Virus record (IMG/VR): IMGVR_UViG_3300006803_000001
Coordinates: 1 to 53,875 of that record
DNA from: a virus
Taxonomy: Duplodnaviria > Caudoviricetes
DNA length: 53,875 nt
Strand: one strand, 5' to 3'
A model generated the notes under the pieces. It had not been told where the DNA came from. It did not search any database and was given only the letters and a program-made list of their open reading frames with translations. Positions 52,451 through 53,875 of the stretch are shown piece after piece; within the stretch, counting starts at the first letter, position 1; the number at the start of each line of letters is the position of its first letter. Both the position numbers and the translations under genes were made by a program.

Positions 52451-53752
52451 TTATTCTATGATTGGGAGTTTCTGTCCTTTTATGAATACGACTTCCTCTG
52501 CTCGTCTTCCGTCGGGTAGAATCTGAAGTCCGTTTTTCTTGAGGACGGCAATTGTGTCGTCTCTCTGTTTTTCTGATGTTGCTAGGAAAAAGTCTATTTC
52601 GTCGGGAATGAATATTGTGCCTTTGAAATCGGTTTCGTCGGACATTCCGTATTTGGTCGCTTCCTTTGCCAATTCGTCGATTTGTTCGATTGTTGAAAGT
52701 CGCAATTTATTCTTTGAGATTGCTCCCCATACGTCCCCCCTGTGTATGACCGCGTCGGCTCTTGCTAGGTTTCCCGCTTTGAAATACATTCCACCTTCGA
52801 GATTGTCGAACTCTTCTTTCTTTCGTAGTCTTGTGAATGACGAGTCGGCGCCTCCTGTGTGTATGTCTGTGATGGGGCTCGCGCCTTGCTCTTCTCCCCC
52901 GGGTCTCTCCACGACGACCCCTTTTCTGAGTCGTTGTCCTGTTGAAGTGAAATCCCCTCCAGATTGCAACATATTGTCGAGGGTGATTGACATCTCTTTG
53001 TATGTCCTATGATGAAGGGCAATATTTCTTGTTCTTGGGTCGGTCTCAATTTGCCTTCTTGTGATGTCGGCTCGATATGATGCCTTTCGACCCTCGTCAA
53101 AGCTGTTTGCAATGCCTTCGGCTGTGTATCCTTCTGTGCCTCTCTTCGGAACCTTGGTCTCGTATTGTTTCTCGATGAAGGTTCGCGCTTTTTTGATACG
53201 CTTCTCGATGTCGGGTTCTGCAATCGCTTTTTTCCATCCTGCTTTGTTGGTGTCGTTGTGGACATTGACAGTTTTTGACAACCAAACCATTTCTTTGTAG
53301 TTTGCGTCGGCGGGTTTTGTGTCAACGCCGAGCCTATCGAGTGCCCCGACTGCTTGCGTGATCTTGTCCGCGTTGACCTCCCCTTCGATTTCAATTGTGA
53401 CGCGCCCCTCGAGTGCTAGTCCCCTGCGCCTTTCCACCCCTTCGAGCCTGTCAATGAATTCGACTGATGTGCCGTCTTCTAGTCTGAGCTTGTAGACGTC
53501 CGCCGCTGTGTTTTCGATTCTGACCGCGAGTTGCCCGTCGTTTTTTGCTTGCCCGTTTTTAAATGTCGAGCTCCGAGCCTCAAAAGTATTTGATATTGTC
53601 CCGCTGAATCCTTCCGCGGCAACGTCGGGTTTCTTTTTTACTTTTGGCGGTTCGAAAAGATATGACTCATTCGGGATTGCGACTGTCAAATTCGAGGGAA
53701 TGTCATTATTCTTTTGAACGTGATCGTAAAGCTTTTGTAGCTTGTCCGCTTG
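52451..53752 (-). CDS. C-terminal 433 aa of the MuF multidomain protein (possible ADP-ribosyltransferase-like domain)
   Basis: In frame with 3864..1 across the junction; LHHRT....L..GG.F.S...R...S...D...GGADSSFTR...E motif. Confidence 0.75.
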   Translation of the reverse strand, partial: QADKLQKLYDHVQKNNDIPSNLTVAIPNESYLFEPPKVKKKPDVAAEGFSGTISNTFEARSSTFKNGQAKNDGQLAVRIENTAADVYKLRLEDGTSVEFIDRLEGVERRRGLALEGRVTIEIEGEVNADKITQAVGALDRLGVDTKPADANYKEMVWLSKTVNVHNDTNKAGWKKAIAEPDIEKRIKKARTFIEKQYETKVPKRGTEGYTAEGIANSFDEGRKASYRADITRRQIETDPRTRNIALHHRTYKEMSITLDNMLQSGGDFTSTGQRLRKGVVVERPGGEEQGASPITDIHTGGADSSFTRLRKKEEFDNLEGGMYFKAGNLARADAVIHRGDVWGAISKNKLRLSTIEQIDELAKEATKYGMSDETDFKGTIFIPDEIDFFLATSEKQRDDTIAVLKKNGLQILPDGRRAEEVVFIKGQKLPIIE

Positions 53753-53875
53753 CTCTTCGTAATGAAGCAACATGTTCATTTTTTCGACGTCAATCTTCTT
53801 GAACCCTTTTTTGTTCTCTTTCGCGATTTCCGCTTTTATCTCGTCCTTGGCTTTTTGGAATTGGACGACTGACGC
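53753..53875. repeat. Terminal direct repeat, right copy
   Basis: Identical to 1-123. Confidence 0.97.

Noticed and set aside
133-53717. The many plus-strand ORFs in the track
   Set aside because: They are antisense shadows of well-supported minus-strand genes and show no recognisable motifs.
52451-53779. Standalone 442-aa gene starting MNMLLH
   Set aside because: It is the in-frame continuation of the MuF ORF across the junction.

Overview
The window is an apparently complete tailed-phage genome with siphovirus-type organisation. Bases 1-123 are identical to 53753-53875, giving a 53,752-bp circle. Essentially all credible genes are on the minus strand. In transcription order it encodes scaffold and major capsid; adhesin-like genes (fibre, YWTD propeller, BspA-type LRR); lysis; neck, tail tube, chaperones and tape measure; a tandemly duplicated three-gene distal-tail block; hub, NlpC/P60 and tail tip; recombination and replication genes (OB-fold, PD-(D/E)XK exonuclease, initiator with iterons, DnaC-like loader, RecU, ParB-like, SF2 helicase); small-gene islands; a glycosyltransferase pair; terminase; SSB; and portal. 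A ~1721-aa MuF protein crosses the window junction and is only partly in the ORF track. It carries ParB-like, kinase-like and possibly ADP-ribosyltransferase-like domains. The most unusual non-coding signals are (i) a perfect 14-bp palindrome GCGCCCGCGGGCGC present 8 times genome-wide plus 6 related junction hairpins, and (ii) five repeated sigma70-like promoters that start nearly leaderless MNTN genes, four with a DnaA-box-like motif at fixed spacing. No integrase, DNA/RNA polymerase, tRNA, CRISPR array or reverse transcriptase was recognised. All protein calls come from motifs read by eye, not database searches.
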